A stretch of DNA of 64,000 bases, taken from contig NC_082724.1 in NCBI RefSeq assembly GCF_030144855.1, positions 41,168,001 to 41,232,000 of the forward strand, read 5' to 3'. Shown piece by piece: positions 26,186-41,029 of this stretch. This stretch comes from Hypanus sabinus (taxonomy: Eukaryota). Each line of letters opens with the position of its first letter. Positions within the stretch are counted from its first letter, which is position 1. Under the pieces are notes generated by a model. It was not told the origin of the DNA. It ran no database searches and was given only the letters and a program-made list of their open reading frames with translations. Position numbers and translations under genes: made by a program.

Positions 26186-27879
26186 GTATATCATCACTTC
26201 TCATATTTTATTATTACCCTTCAGAGTGAATAGAAATAAACAATTAATGTTGTTTAACCATGCCATACAAATTTGAAGAATAAATCTATTTAAAATAATT
26301 TGCTACTGTTAACTTCGGGTCCCTGTACTCTTTCTAGTTCCATGAGCCATATACATGGAAATAGAATTTCAAAACCACTGGATTTCAACTATTCCGTGAT
26401 TATTATCTCCATTGCTGTTGAAACAGAAATAAAAAGGAAAAGAGCTACTGGAGACCAAAACTTGTGACATTGTCATTTTGCAAAAGAAGTAGCCCTTGTA
26501 TAACTGATCTCTTAGTCAGTGAAAACACTTTAAAACAATCAGATCATTGATAATGAATGACAAATTAAAACTGAATATTTGATAGCAAGAACTATCAGCA
26601 GTCTGTGGAAAAAGACCTAACATTAGGGAAAAGATCTGACATTAAGAAGCTGCCAGAAGTCTCGAGTTGCTGATAGAATTAATGTAGAAATATGTGCAAA
26701 CCAATAGGAAATGAACATTGGTTTTATTTTGGAGTGTAAACAGGGACTCAAAGCAGCACTTAGCTAATTATTTCTCAACTTCAAGTTACATAAAGATATG
26801 ATAAAATTGTCAGTGCTTCAAAATACATTTGGAATGTAACAATTATCGCTGAAGACGTTAAGAGTTAAATTGTTTTATTTGACAACTTTGCCACTAACTG
26901 TATTGATCTCTGCTCAGCAATTGTTGTTGCACTATCTTAGTGCCCAAAAACAGTGATGTGAAATATTTGAGTTACAGAAATATTGGTATTATTGCAAAAC
27001 ATTATTCATTTCAATTTTAGTTTGTGGTATCAATGCTCACATGAAATGTGATACCACAAAGATACAGAGAAAATTGTCAAGGTTCATAAAATATAACAGA
27101 ACGTAGGGATAAAGCTCTCTTTAATGCCTCAGTATGAATTTTCATTTACAGGCACTGTCTTTCCAAACCTGGTAGAATAAATAAAAAAGACAAACTTAAT
27201 CTACTACAAGATCAGTTAAATTTGCTGTATTTCATAATTCATTTTAAGAATGGATGACAGCAATTCTTAACAATTGACTGTTCACCAGAATGACAGATGT
27301 GATGATGTATATTTCTCATTCAGGTACACAACAGCTGAAGCTTTTGTAATATCCATAACATTTTTTTTGGCGACCAAGTACACAAAGCAGAAAAATTGTG
27401 TAACTGAAGTGCCACCCGTTTCTTTGTCTTGCCTTTTCAGCTCTTGGGAGAGAGTATAGAAAGAAGAACATGGCTATTTTATTATATAGAAACTGAAATT
27501 ATGAGTATGTTAACTGTAAATTTTATGCCGAAGCTTGAATACTAACAGATAAAAACAAATCCTTATTTTAGAAGTCTGCATTAGAGGCAGAAAATTCTAG
27601 AAATACTTTATCACACACTATTTTTCAGAGACAAGAACAGTTTATGCTTCAAGTCTAACTTGAAAATGTTGAAATGTTAGAATGTTGAAATGCTCTGAAA
27701 AGGCTGCTGACTTAAAATTTTCATCAAGACGGAATCTTGAGAGATGGTGCATTCCCAAATCAGATAAGGTGTGGATCCATAACTTACATCAGGGATCACC
27801 GAAACAATTTAAGAGGCCAAACGAGAGAGAGAGAGAGAAGGAGATCAGAGCAGAAGTGTGTTGACAAATTGAAGTGACA

Positions 27880-28640
27880 TGCAAGTGGAGATAGAGTCAC
27901 CTTTCCTCAATCAGCAGAGCTGTTCTGCAGAGTAATTATCCAAATTCATCGAAGTGCTCCTGAACAGAGATTCCTATAATGACCACGTAATGAATACCAA
28001 ATGCAATGCACAAAATTGAAAGTAAATTGCTGCTTCACCATAAAGGACTGTTTGGGTCCTCGTATTCTCAACTAGGAAAATGTAAAAGATTCCGTGGTTT
28101 CTACCCTCCGTGGTTGCATGGGGAGGTGCAATAAGAAAGGAATGGGTGTCATTGAGAATAAAAGAATGAACCAGAGAACCACAGAGAAAAGTTCCTTTTT
28201 GCTTTCTTTATTTCTCATCCAGTGACCAAAGCACAATTCGCTTCTACTCCTTCTGATTCATGTGCATTCCATCCATTTATTTGCACTGCTTTTGATGTGA
28301 TTTCTGCAATACTGGGAAAAGCAAAACACAGATCAGATAACAGCTTTTGCAGTAAAAAATACCTTAGTTGAGTACACCAGTGTGATGATAAGTTTCCCAG
28401 TTGCTGATCACTTTAATTCTCCATTTAATTTTGACCCCTGCCATCTTTTCTTTAGCATATAAAGCTATTCTAATAGCGCCAAATACAAACTCATTGAACA
28501 GCATTACACCTTCCAACCAGGCACATCTAGCCTCTCTGAAAGCTGGCTGTGTCAACTAACAATGTCATTTACACTGATGCCGCCTCACCTGCTGGGTGTG
28601 TCCAGCATTCTCTTTTATTTCTCATTTCAACTACTGCAGT
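27880..28640. mobile_element. Ancient inverted Penelope remnant
   Basis: Minus-strand piece (aaaggactgtttgggtcc, complement of the GPKQSF region seen near 20873) followed by a plus-strand GIY-YIG-like piece (ccagttgctgatcactttaattct = PVADHFNS) and an arm remnant at 28575-28640. Confidence 0.55.
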
Positions 28641-31600
28641 GTATTGTATCTCACAGCTCTAGTTGTTTAATTCACAGGTCTATATTCATCTTCAGTTCAC
28701 AGTTACTCCAGGGAAACATTTGTGACAAAGCTTCATCATCTTCTCTCAGCCAACATAAACATCAGTTAAGTAATTGAGACTGTTGTTTTTTTGTCCTATC
28801 ACAAGCATTTTCTTTGTTATCTCTATCCCATCCTCTGTAAGTTAAAACATTGATTGGAAATGTTATCTCTCCTGCTATTTCCCCGGATGCTGCCTGTCTT
28901 GGTGAATCATTCCACAAAAACTCTTATGTATTTTCGTCAATCCACAACCGTTACAATGACACAGGCTATTTTTTCTATAGTTGTGTGTTAATAGAACAGT
29001 GAAACACCATGAACACATATCTTCCAGGAAATATTGTCCATTGAAAGACTTTTAATTAATTGAAATAATGTTAACACTACATTGTGGTGAACTGTGTGCA
29101 GGTAATTATTTGACATCAAGGCAATGCAGATGGGCTGATGGAATTGGGGCAGAGGTGGCAAATGATGTTTAACGGCAAGAAAAGCAATATGTTACCTTTT
29201 GGTTTGATGAATAAGAAGAGACAACATAAACAAAAAAATTCTAAAACAGGTTCAATAACATTTGTAGGGTTATTGGGAAAGGGACAATTTAATTGCTTTC
29301 ACATAGTTCCAGTACAAGCAAAAGCATTCTGAGTTTGTTATTTGGAGAAAAAAACTATGAACCTATTCCTAAATCTCTATTATTTTATTTAGTTTTATGT
29401 AAGAAATTGCACAGATATTAACCAGGTCAACCTACAGGCTCATATCTTTTCTAATGTAAGAAGGTAGCTAAAAATTATCTTCTGCTGAATGGATCAGCGA
29501 CTTGCTACAAGATAGATTCCAGAGTGATTTCTGAAGGCAGCCTCAGTGAAGGACTGTTAGTCCCAGCGGGAGGATTTAATAGCCTCTTTATTTCTGTATT
29601 TTACCTAGAAACAAAATTCAACAAAGCACACCATGGTGTAATTGAGTCTTCAGTTCTTAAGATATACTGTACAATGCAGTATTAAATATCTTCACATTAG
29701 TTAAATAGGTACCAAAAGACAACTTGATTTAACTTCAGCAAGAAAGGAAAAAGGGATTGAAAATGATTGGAAATGTTTTTCATTCTAATTTACACTTCAG
29801 TGAGAACCTTAAAGAAAAAAAATCACTGCAGAAGACGTGGAGATGATAACATTTATCTAAAAAATATTTCTTATGACAAGCAGTTCTGCATCATTATGCT
29901 ACTAACTGAATGTTACATATTCATGGGCAAAATAACTTGCTTAGAAAATGAATACCCCCATGAGGTTTAGTGATAATTCAAATGAATGCACCAGCATGAA
30001 AGTTGCTTTCAGCAGGCTTGAGGTAGGATAAAGATGTTGACTGTTACAGCAAAGACTTTAATCTCATTTGTTCCTTCAACAGTCAATCAAACAGTGATCA
30101 CAAACATGTGTTTTAGTTTCCACCTCTTCCCAAACACAACAATGCTGAATTCAGCAATGGGATATGTTACATTGAATGCATGCTTGCTCTTCCTCTGCTA
30201 AGGCCTGTAAATTCCTCATCTATAGGACGACACATACACTTACAGAAAACTCTGAGATGTGAACTGAAAGATGACAAGCCTCTTTCTTAAATCTCCATTT
30301 CCCATATGTTTAAAATCAGGCAAACATCTGCTTTAAAGTAACCACTGTACAAGTTCTGCCAGTAAAGAAAACAGAATAAGCAAAACCATACATCAAAACC
30401 TACACTTGAAATATCATTAATTGCTAATGTTCTCCTGCCTTTGTATCTATTTCTGAGGATGCTCTTGGCACACTGAATATATCATGTTGGATTCAATGTG
30501 ATTCTTTCAGAAACCCTGCACTAGAAATTAGTTTCACAGATAGCATGTGTGTGTGCATGAAGACCTCATGAGGCAGCAGATCTAAAGCTTTGCAGTCCAG
30601 GTATCCAGTTCCATTAACTGCTAAACAAATGCAATGATACTAAGCTGATGGCATTAGAACCAGAAAAAGCTTGACATTTTCTGCAGGAAATTGACCTGAA
30701 ATGTGAACTCCATTTTTCTCACTGACAATATTGCTTGACTGATAAACCATGTCCAATATTTTCTGTTCTATTTTGTATAATATTACTCATTCACTCGATT
30801 CTTTAAAAAAAAACAATGACTCCGGAATAAAAGGAAATAAAATGCAAGAAAGTTAAGTTTGCTTGCATAAATGCTGTCCTCATGCAATGTACAGTTGGTT
30901 GTAGATACAAGTGCTGAAAACTATGAAACAAAAAATCTTCATGTATTGTACATGGAACAAATCATATACTATTAAAGTCAGTAGAAGTTAAAATCTTGTT
31001 ATTACCACAGTCAACTGATATAAAATGGGCAGAAGAAAATTTTCATTTTAAATTAATTACCAATGAGGAACAAGCAATCAAGTTGTTCCATGCAATTGAT
31101 TGGGCTTCTTAACTGGTTAGTGCCAACAACATTAATGTTAAAAACTACACCTACAGTATCAAGCTATCACAATAAAATGCAAAGTAGTTGTTCATGACTT
31201 ACTGTGTGCTTACAGCTGGAAATGCGCTCAGACCAGTGTTAACTGGGTGTTGTCTGGGGCCCACACTGACAATTCAGACTTCTTATGGCTATAAAATCAT
31301 TTAATCTAGATCTCCATACCAATCTTACTGACAGAGACCATAACAGTTTGGTATTACGACCCTGAGCTGATCAATAAAAAAAAATGGTATATTAAGTAGA
31401 TGGCCCAAAATGTCAAGTTAATTCACAGTATGCATGAGCACTGATCTGTGGAAACAGTAGGGCTTGCTATAAGAGCAAATTATTCTAATCAGGGATGTTC
31501 TTAGCCGTAAAATATTTTTATACTTTTCTGATATAATGAACTGAGCTCCAGATGATTTTAATGCAAAACAAACTGCACCAAAATAAATATATTTTCTGGT

Positions 31601-31724
31601 CTTATGGTCTTTTTTGATTCAAAGAAGTACTTTTGAATTATCAGTGGTGTTTTCTGAAACAGGAAAGCCTATTTATGCACAAGCTCTCAGTTTTCTTCAA
31701 ATCCCCCCATTTTTTTTTAGCAAT

Positions 31725-31970
31725 GTTGAGTAAACAATATTGTTCAAGACACCTGCGACAACATTTCTGCTCTTACTCAAAGTAGCACAGTGGGATTGTT
31801 TACATCCACCCAAGAGAGTGGGCAGGGTCTCTGCTTAATAATTCAACCAAAAGATCATCACTTCTCCTTCACCACTCGAAGTACAGCACTCTTGTATCAA
31901 CACTGACCTGGAAATGCTAGCCTAGATGTTAAATCTCTGGAGTGAACTTGCTGATAAAACAAGAGCCAAC
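31725..31970 (-). mobile_element. Ancient DeuSINE-like remnant
   Basis: ctgctcttactcaaagtagcacagtgggattgtttacatccacccaagag...cagcactc resembles the Deu domain of AmnSINE/SacSINE (from memory). Confidence 0.55.
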
Positions 31971-34900
31971 AAACTTATAATTTGAATGCTCTCCCTGAAA
32001 GACTGGATTAGATTCAACAGTAAATTCTGAAATGAAATTTGATACAATATTCAGGCAGCACGCTTGGTTAAGTTGGAGGCATCTGCATATCTGCATTCAT
32101 GTGAGAAGGTGCAACGTGGAAGCCAATGTCATCACAATTGACTAAGTTGTAAGGAAAGAGGGTGCTATTCAAACTGATGAGGAGTAAGCAGCAGCTCTTA
32201 GTATGGCTTGGTGCCTGAATCATTACTTTTTCATCCTTTGTATAAATGTGATTCTTCTGGGAATCAAACAAGCAATACCCATATTTATTGGATGATATCA
32301 GATTTTTTGAGAGTGTTTGTATTGCTCATTTCCAAATACAGGAAAATGTTATTATTGATTATTTTTAAAGAAAGAGGCACAACTTGGCAAACACATTTCA
32401 AATAGTGAAATGATCCAAAAGCATGAATAGTGAGAGCGGCTGCACCTTGCAAAATGAATAGGAAAGAAAAAAAATAATTTGCAGAGGGATTAACTAACCA
32501 GGTATCCTGGAACAATATCCTAGATCTGTGATACCTTATCTCCTATCACTATTCCTACTTTCTTTCCTCTGGATGTGGTTCAAAATATGCTGGCTCTGCT
32601 TCATTTTTACCAAGCCAGTCAATCATCACTTTGACATTTCAGCCAGTTTGTCTTATCTCATTTCCAGGTGTTTTTTGTCCTTTTTGATCATATTTGGGAC
32701 AGTGCTGTAAGAAGATTTGTAGCTGAATGATTCTCACAAGACTCAAAATGAGCATCAGTAAACAGATTAATGGGCAGTGTCACTGGCATTGAAGATTTTT
32801 TCCGTCACTGATAATGATTTGATAGATTCATTGAACTCAGTGGTTAATATTTTATGCTGTAAATTATATATGCGTTGTTAAAACATGAAAATAAACTTGT
32901 TAAAATTACAACTAATTTTCTAAAATGGCTGTCATACAACCTAATAACACAATGCAAGCCCATCAAAGCTTCTGTACCACTTAGTGTTCTACCAAAAACT
33001 TTGATGACATACTAATTAATACAAACAAAACCAGAAGTATTAATCAGAATAAATTTTTGTGTACATGGGGTAAGGCATTAGGTGCAAAAACAAAATAAAG
33101 AATACACATTTTTGTATCTTTTTTTCTTATTTTAAATTGTTGCAGATAATTTTGGTGAATAGGTAAGAATACGCTCCTTAGCCTAAGATAATGTGCAAAG
33201 GTCTACAGCTCACTTTGATTGTTGTGTGAAAACAGATTATTTCTTTCTCTATGAACTTGACCACTGTGCATAATGAGCACACACAACTTTGCTAATTAAA
33301 ATGAATAGTGTTTAAACAGGATTTGGCAGCTTTGGAAATGAAAAAATTGTAATCAGGTAGGCATGGATGGTTTATTCTGGAAACATGAATCAAGGCTAAT
33401 AATATTATATAAACTTGGCCAGAGCAAATCAAAGAAAGTATTCTAATAGGAACTTATTTTAATAGAGATCACATAGAAATATCCTACCTGCTGTTCTGGG
33501 TCCATGTAAACCCTAGATTGAAGATAGCGTTTATTGCATAAAATAACCACTTCTGCTCTTTAATCTTGATCAAGCAATGATTGACCATAACTGAGAGATC
33601 CACCCAAGCCTAATGTTTTGATAATGTTGCAGTTAGTGAAGTTTTTAGTTTTAATGCTATCAAATCATTACCAGCTTTTCTGTCCATCTTGTCTGGTAAT
33701 CCATTATTTGAATTTCTATTGTGCAAGTTAGAGTCATAGATTGCCTACTCAATTTTCAAGTACAGACCACCTCATATAAAAAGGAAAACAAAAATAACAC
33801 AAAAATTAGGTAGTTTTCCTAATTACGTAAATCCAGCACATTAAAATTGGATCAAGTATCTTCTATTCAAGCTATAAAATTATGATTTTATTTCCACATA
33901 TGAACAAATTATATTATTAATAGCAGAGCAGATGGAAAAGATGGTCTGAAATGTATTGGCCTTTCCACCACAGATTTATAACAGATCATAAAGATACAAT
34001 CATCACTGAATAATTTTGCAGACACCTATTATGACTCTTCTAGTTTACTTTTCAATTGATGTTGAAGGACAAGTTTGACTGCTGAATGAAGATTTCAATA
34101 CAAAAATGTTTTGAATTGAGTAAATGTAGCTTAAGGATCAAGCTGAATACCCGAATAGCAAATAAAGAGAATTCAGAATCTATTACAAAATATTGATATG
34201 ATCATGAAAGACTTGATACAGCTTAAACATAAACATAAAAAAAAATAATCCTGTAACAATTTGTGTGTACTTATGTCAGTTTTCTGGGGGCAACATCTCC
34301 ACTGCATCTTAATTTAAGCACATTAAAAACTTAGCATTCACATGAAAGATAGGAGAAACAGTTTGTGTCTGGAATTGTTAGGCATGATTGCACTTGTCAT
34401 TCCCATGAGCAGGCAAGGAAAATTGGGGCATGTGTATTCTAAATTAAATCACTTAGAAATGTGATGTATTGTACACAATCTTTTCATGATGCTTATAGTT
34501 ACTCGGTTCAGCACTTTTCATTAATCTTTATCAGAAGATCTACATAGAAAGTAGCACAAGATTTCTGTTCAGCAAAATGATACACACTTACTTCAAACCA
34601 GGTATTATGAATACAAGTCATTCCAAAAACAGACACAACATGGTTAGACACCGCAAACACCCAGAGAAGAATGGTAACAGACATTAAAAAAATCCATATT
34701 ATACATATGTAAGTAAATTCATCTAACTTTTAAAATTTAACAGTCAAAACTTAGTGGTCTACATTTCCTGAATTCATTATTGAACTTTGTAAATTAATTC
34801 TGTGGAACAAACTTCTGTAATCACATTCTATTTTAATCATAGGCAATGGGTTAAACTTTTGTGCAGCATATAATCTTTGTGCACCGCAAGAAAGCAGTAA

Positions 34901-37481
34901 TTAACCAATAGAGTCTGCCATTCAATATGTTTATTGTCTTCAATCATAGCTTCAACCTCACTTTCCTGCTCTGTTCTCATAAACTTTGCCTTCAGTCCAA
35001 TCTAAAAATCTGCCTGAGCTTTGAATACATTTAATAATCCAGCCTCTACAATGCTGTGGTTGAAAAATCAAAAGATTCTTGACAGTTCTGAAACAGAATT
35101 TCATCCAGTGAAACATGATTTTCTATTGATGGGCATACGGTACACCCATGCCTTTCAACAGCTGTACGTCCATCAGAATACAAAGCAGATGTCACTCCTA
35201 TGACATTTAATCTCCTATTTTCTCTTAAATCTGGTAACACATGGTAAAAAGCATGAATCACATTGAAAGGTGAAGACATAAATAGGATAAAATAAAGTGT
35301 GCTCCAGCACACTAAAGGATGTTATTAATTGAGTCACATCTAGCAGCTTAACTGTACCGAGATATGCTGACCATCTTTTTGATTAAAAATAGAGAAATTT
35401 GGATGTGCTTAAAATCCATTATGTGCTTTAAGAAGGAATCTCATGGAAGCAAATCAGGTCTTAAAATACATTTGCAAACAAGGATGCTTACTTCTCTCGG
35501 CAAATTAATCAGCTAATGAGCTAAATCAGCTAATCACTTAACCGCCTCTACAGGCTCCAAAGGAAATGCAATACCAATTTATGTAGGCAAATTTTGAAAT
35601 TTTTCCCCAGCCTCCACTGCTGATTTACTCTCATGCAGTAGAGTGTAGTGAGGAAAGACAGCTACAGGAGATTCTGACAGATGATATTTGAAACTAACTT
35701 GTTGAATGGGTTCAAAAAACATTTCTGTGAACTTTTGCCAAACTCAAAACAGAACAGAAAGTAATGGGATATACATTAAAAGAAACACATGTATTCTTGA
35801 CATACAGGTTGAAGCTTGGAGACAATAAAAGAGGAATTACGCAGCACATGATGACCAGTTTCACATTCAACGAAGATAGGGCAGCTTTGACCTAGCAACA
35901 TTCACAATCCACTGTTTTAGGCATAGATTCCTTTACCAACCACATCAAACAAATTGCAAGAGCATTTGGAATGCTGCACAGAAAAATGTCACAATACCAT
36001 TTATGTTTTTCTGGAATCAATGCTCCTTTTATTTTGGTGTGATTATACCAACAACATGTAAGTATGTGTTGGTCTTGGGGAGGGGGGTGGAAATTATTCT
36101 GATCCTTCACCAACAAAGTATCTTTGTGCCATACTATATCTTTCAATGCAATGCAGAATCGACAATTTCTGTCAAATTCCATAATTGCCATCCACTCACG
36201 CTAGTTACATTTAGAAAGCCAGTACTTACCCCTACTGTTGTTTAAATGGGTAGAAGATGCATATGGAAGGGAGGAGCCTCTCCTATCAGTATGGTATTCT
36301 GGCTATTTCACTGAAATGAAAAGGACAAACAAAATTAGGTATCTCCTGCTGGGAAATATACAACACAACTTACCATTTCACAAATGATCCTCCTTTCATT
36401 TACTTTAAACATCCAGTTTTTATTCAAATACACCTACCATAATTCAGAATTAAATCCACTTGAAATACAACCCCTCCCCCACCCCAACCCAACTTGCTTC
36501 AGTCACAAGAGGGCTCTGTGACAAAAGCAGCACTTGCCTTATTGTTTTACATAGGTCATAATAAATCTAATCAATAGAACCGATAACTGCAAATAGTTTC
36601 ATGGACTTAATAAGTAAAGTATGCATTTGCATAACCATTTACTTTCAAGAGCACACATATTCACTTTGCAATATCATATTAAATCTTGATGAACTAAAGT
36701 TTTGTTTGAAAAGAATAGGCTTTTTATTCATATACAATAGGACTGACAGATCTTTGAATCACAGTTCAAGTGTTTAGAATGATTGTTAATGGCACCATCA
36801 TGAGGTATTATTAATGGAACATTAATTTTCAATGTCAAATGTCAAACAGTTTAAATACTTGCTGCAGAAAGATAAGTGAAGATTAAAACATGGAATGTTT
36901 TATACAGTATATGTTTTAAACATTGCAAGATAAGGAAAGGATCATTTGGCTTACACTAAAGAACTCAACTGAAATTATCTTTATGCAACAAGAAGTTTAC
37001 AGTAGAATGAGGTCATAAAACCCATACACTGTACCAATAGGCAAAGAACCAATTTATTTTCACTTGCTTGGTCTTCAGCCTTAAATCACAGCACTTCAAA
37101 GGCCTCATGATACACTTTTTCATTGTGCTGTATTTCTTCCAACAATATCAGATAGCAAACTTCAAGCACATCTCCACCTGGATGAAAATCGTGTAGAATT
37201 CTCCTCTAATTCTTTCACCAATTAAGTTATATTGGTTGTAGATTTCCATACTAAGCGAAGCATTTCCTTCATATTCACTGTGACAAGTTCCTTAGAACTT
37301 AAATATCCCAATTACAATTCTCCTCCTCCCACCCACTGCTCATTTAGTTCAAAGAAAACAATCATCATCTACTTCATCTTTCCTCATAAATAAAATACAT
37401 TAGTTCAGATAACAAACTCATGACTGGTTTTAACAATGTGTCAACATTGAGACATAAAAAATCTAACAAATAAAGCAAATT

Positions 37482-37923
37482 CTTTTTTTGCAATTTATTT
37501 TTTATTGAAGTTCATCATCAAGTGAACATTTCCATAAGATGTTTTCAGATATTATACATATGTATCATATAGTCATATTTGCCACAAATTTCCATAATAT
37601 TTATCCAAGGTATACATTTATAGAAAAGAGAGGAAAGAAAGAACAAGCAAAAGGAGAAAACTCAGTACAAGTAGGGAGTGATCTTTCTTTTTACAACATC
37701 TTCATTGATTTGTGAGAATAAAATCAGGCCTATGAGGTATCATGTAATTAAACCATTTTTCCCAGTATGAATCAAATTATTCCAACTTATGATTAGCAAA
37801 TGCTGTTATCTTCTCCATTTTGTAAATGTCCATTGTAATTTCTATCCATGCTTTTAAAGTTGGGCTCTCCTGTGATAACAATTTCCTGGTAAGAGTCTTT
37901 TTACCAGCCACCAACAGTATATT
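37482..37923 (-). mobile_element. L1/Tx1 LINE 3' end
   Basis: Poly(T) plus tttattg at the left; minus strand encodes NILLVAGKKTLTRKLLSQESPTLKAWIEITMDIYKMEKIT, an L1 ORF2 C-terminus. Confidence 0.85.
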
Positions 37924-37993
37924 ATTTAATAGAAGTCCAAGCACAGGAACAACAAATTTAAAATATTAAAACCAAAAATAAATTAACAGCATC

Positions 37994-38180
37994 ACACACA
38001 AAATGCTCAATGAACTTTGTAGGTCAGGCAGCATCTCTGGAAGGAAATAAACAATCAATATTTTGATCAAGGTCCTCAGTGTGGGGGAGGGTGGTGGTCA
38101 CAAGCTGGCAGGTAATAGGTGAGTCCAGGTAAGAGAGGGAAGGTAGGTGAGTGGAGGAATGATGTGAGAGGCAGTAGAGA
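37994..38180 (-). mobile_element. Penelope 3' terminus and purine-rich 3'UTR fragment
   Basis: cacacaaaatgctc...gtcaggcagcatct arm followed by a GA-rich tract; probable partner arm near 38750-38850. Confidence 0.65.
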
Positions 38181-40294
38181 TAAATTCCCATGTAGAACAC
38201 ATGGCTGTTGTAGCGAGTCTGGATGAACTCAAGGTGAAAGAGCCATCCTCTTTTACTCTTGAATCTGAATTTTGCAAGTCATTTTAAACCAACTGGGTTT
38301 CATATCCTGATCTAATCTGGCAGAGGATCCCAGTGGTGATTCCCCAGAAAGCGAGAGCTCACCTCAAGACTCTGTATGGACTCTTTCCCTGGGTTCTCTT
38401 TCTTATGTATTTTGGGGTGACGTGTCACTGTTGAGGATTTAGTTGAAATGACCCTTGCAGCATTCATTTTCTATCAACCTATCTTTGGAGCTCCTCACTT
38501 TCTGGTTCACAATGCTTGGGTCCATGGGGAGCTTAGTCATTACTGTCTTAATGCCATATCTTAATCATCAACGTAGCTGCGCTCTCTGTGAACTTACTAT
38601 TTGCTTTTTCTTTTCTTTGATTAACATTTTTTTTCATTGAACCTTAGTATCGGTACTTTTTGAGATGGAGCTATAAGTGGAGATATGCACTGCAAGTAGT
38701 GATTCTACTAGTGTCACTGGTCCAGTACAAACAGACCAATAATTCCTTTGAAGGCCTGACATAGGGCTTCAACTCAAGGTAACAATTCCTACCCCTCTAC
38801 ACCCATAAACAGATGCAGCTCAATTTGATTTCCTCCAGCAGATTGGTTGCTACTAAAAAAGAACCCTTCCCTTTATCATATCCCAGAAATATTGACTTCT
38901 ATTTGTTCCCCGCCTTTCCAAATGCCGTAATGCTACACCTACATGAAATGGTATTAATGGAAAAAGTATAAATTATTTTTAATGGAGAGTGTCAGAATAA
39001 TTGCTGCAACCATTTGACTCCAGCAAGAACAGCCAATTTACCAGTCTCAAAAATAATCTTGACCTTATGATATTTTTGACTACCTAATGTCCAAATTAAC
39101 TTGATGAAAACTGACTGCAAACTATCTACTAACATAAAAGTAAGACCTGTAATTCATCCCTTATTAGCCTTTCATCTTCATCTTACAGCTGTGATCAAGT
39201 AATTTTCTTTTGTTATGTAAATACCTTTTTTGAACATCACTCATCTTATCTTTTTTCTTTAATCATGCAATCATAGTACTACACTCAGTTTAATGCAGAT
39301 AATTGCAATTTTTCCTAGCAAGTAATTACACAAGTTAAAGGCATTCACTGACAATGAGAGACAAATAATTTTACCTCAAAATAGAGCATTGACAGGAAGA
39401 AAAGGAGAAATATTCATACATTCCTCATATGTGTGACAAATTAAAACTAAATTGAAAGCACTTTATCTGTTAGTCAAGTTGTTGCTGGATGGTGGAATTT
39501 AAAATGGAAGTATTGCAGCAGGAAGAGAGTATCCGTATTCTAAATGGATTGGGTAAGTTCACATATATCACTTGACAGATGGAAGTAAGCATCTTCTCTT
39601 ACCTCTGAATAAAAGATTGTCAGTAGTATAACTTCATCTGCATGAAAGTCAGCACATAATTATTCTCTGGTCATTTTTTGTACAAGTTGCTGAGTATTTT
39701 TATTTGTTTGTAGTGACACATAGCAAAATGATTATTATGAAATATCCAACAATAAAAATTGGGAAGTGTGCGTTATTTATAGACTTTGATTTGACAAGAT
39801 GTAATGCTCTGGCAAACTAGTATTACGTACCATAGAGATAACTTTTCTATGAAAAACTTATTTCAAGATATAAACAGCAGGGTGCAAGTCAGAAGTTTAT
39901 CCTTATCCCACGTGATTTTTGGTCTTGAAGTACACATGTGAAATCCACCACTCCAAGCTCCCTACAAATCCATCAAAATGCAACGTGGCCACGGGATTGG
40001 AAAGAAAAAAATCAGAAAGGTTTGGATAGATTTACAGTCCCTTTTAATTTCCATTTTTTCACTACCCACATAATATTATGGTAAGTTTTTGAGAGTATTA
40101 CACCAATGCATTGTAATATTTTCCATATATACTGTAAATATCAAACACATACATGTATAACAACAATAGAGTATCAGAAGCCTTAGTCACTGGGCAGATG
40201 ATGTAACATGCAGGCAGAAGTGCAGGCAGATTTGTCATACCTTGACAAATCTACAACACAAATTCTGATGAAAACCCACTATCCTGCACTTCTG

Positions 40295-41010
40295 GTCAAA
40301 AATCAGAAACAGGTTTATTTTGATGATCTGATGTGGTGTGCAATTTGCTGTAATGCAACAGTAGTGCAAAAAAGTGACTATAAATTACAAACTAAACAAA
40401 AATATGAATAATGAAGCAATGTTCATGGACCATTTAGAAATCTGATGGGGGAAGAAAGGAAGCTGTTTCTGGACAATTAAGTGTGGACCTTCAGGCTCCT
40501 TCACTTTCTCCATAATGGTGGTAAGATGAAGAGAGCATGCTTGAAATAGAGAGTCCTTAATTATGGATGCCACTTTCATAAAGATGTCATTGATATTGGG
40601 AAAGATTGTGCCCATGTCCAAGATGGATGAGTTTACAACCCACTGTAGCCTCTTGCAATTCCATGAATTGGAGCCAGCATACCAGGCTGATCAGAATGTT
40701 TGTCACTCCACATCAATAGAAATTTACAGCAATCGTTGGTGAAGTATCAATTCTCCTCAAACTCCTAATGAAGTAGAGCTGATGGCATGCCTCTTTCACA
40801 ATATCACTAGGGTGTTAGGTAAAGGTCAGCTCCTCCAAGATGATAATATCTGAATTGCATGGGAATATTACTCAGAACCTCAATGCGAATCGTTGCATAT
40901 TCTCCCAACGTTACCCTTCCTGAAGTAATTGATTGCGAATTTGGTGTCATGACACCACTCAACCAGCCAGTCTATGTCATTGCTGCATACCTTCGCATCA
41001 CCATCTGACA
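40295..41010 (-). mobile_element. Rex1/Babar-type LINE 3' fragment
   Basis: Reverse tail aatcagaaacaggtttatt; similarity to 45380-47360. Confidence 0.8.
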
Positions 41011-41029
41011 AATGATTAGAGTATTAATA

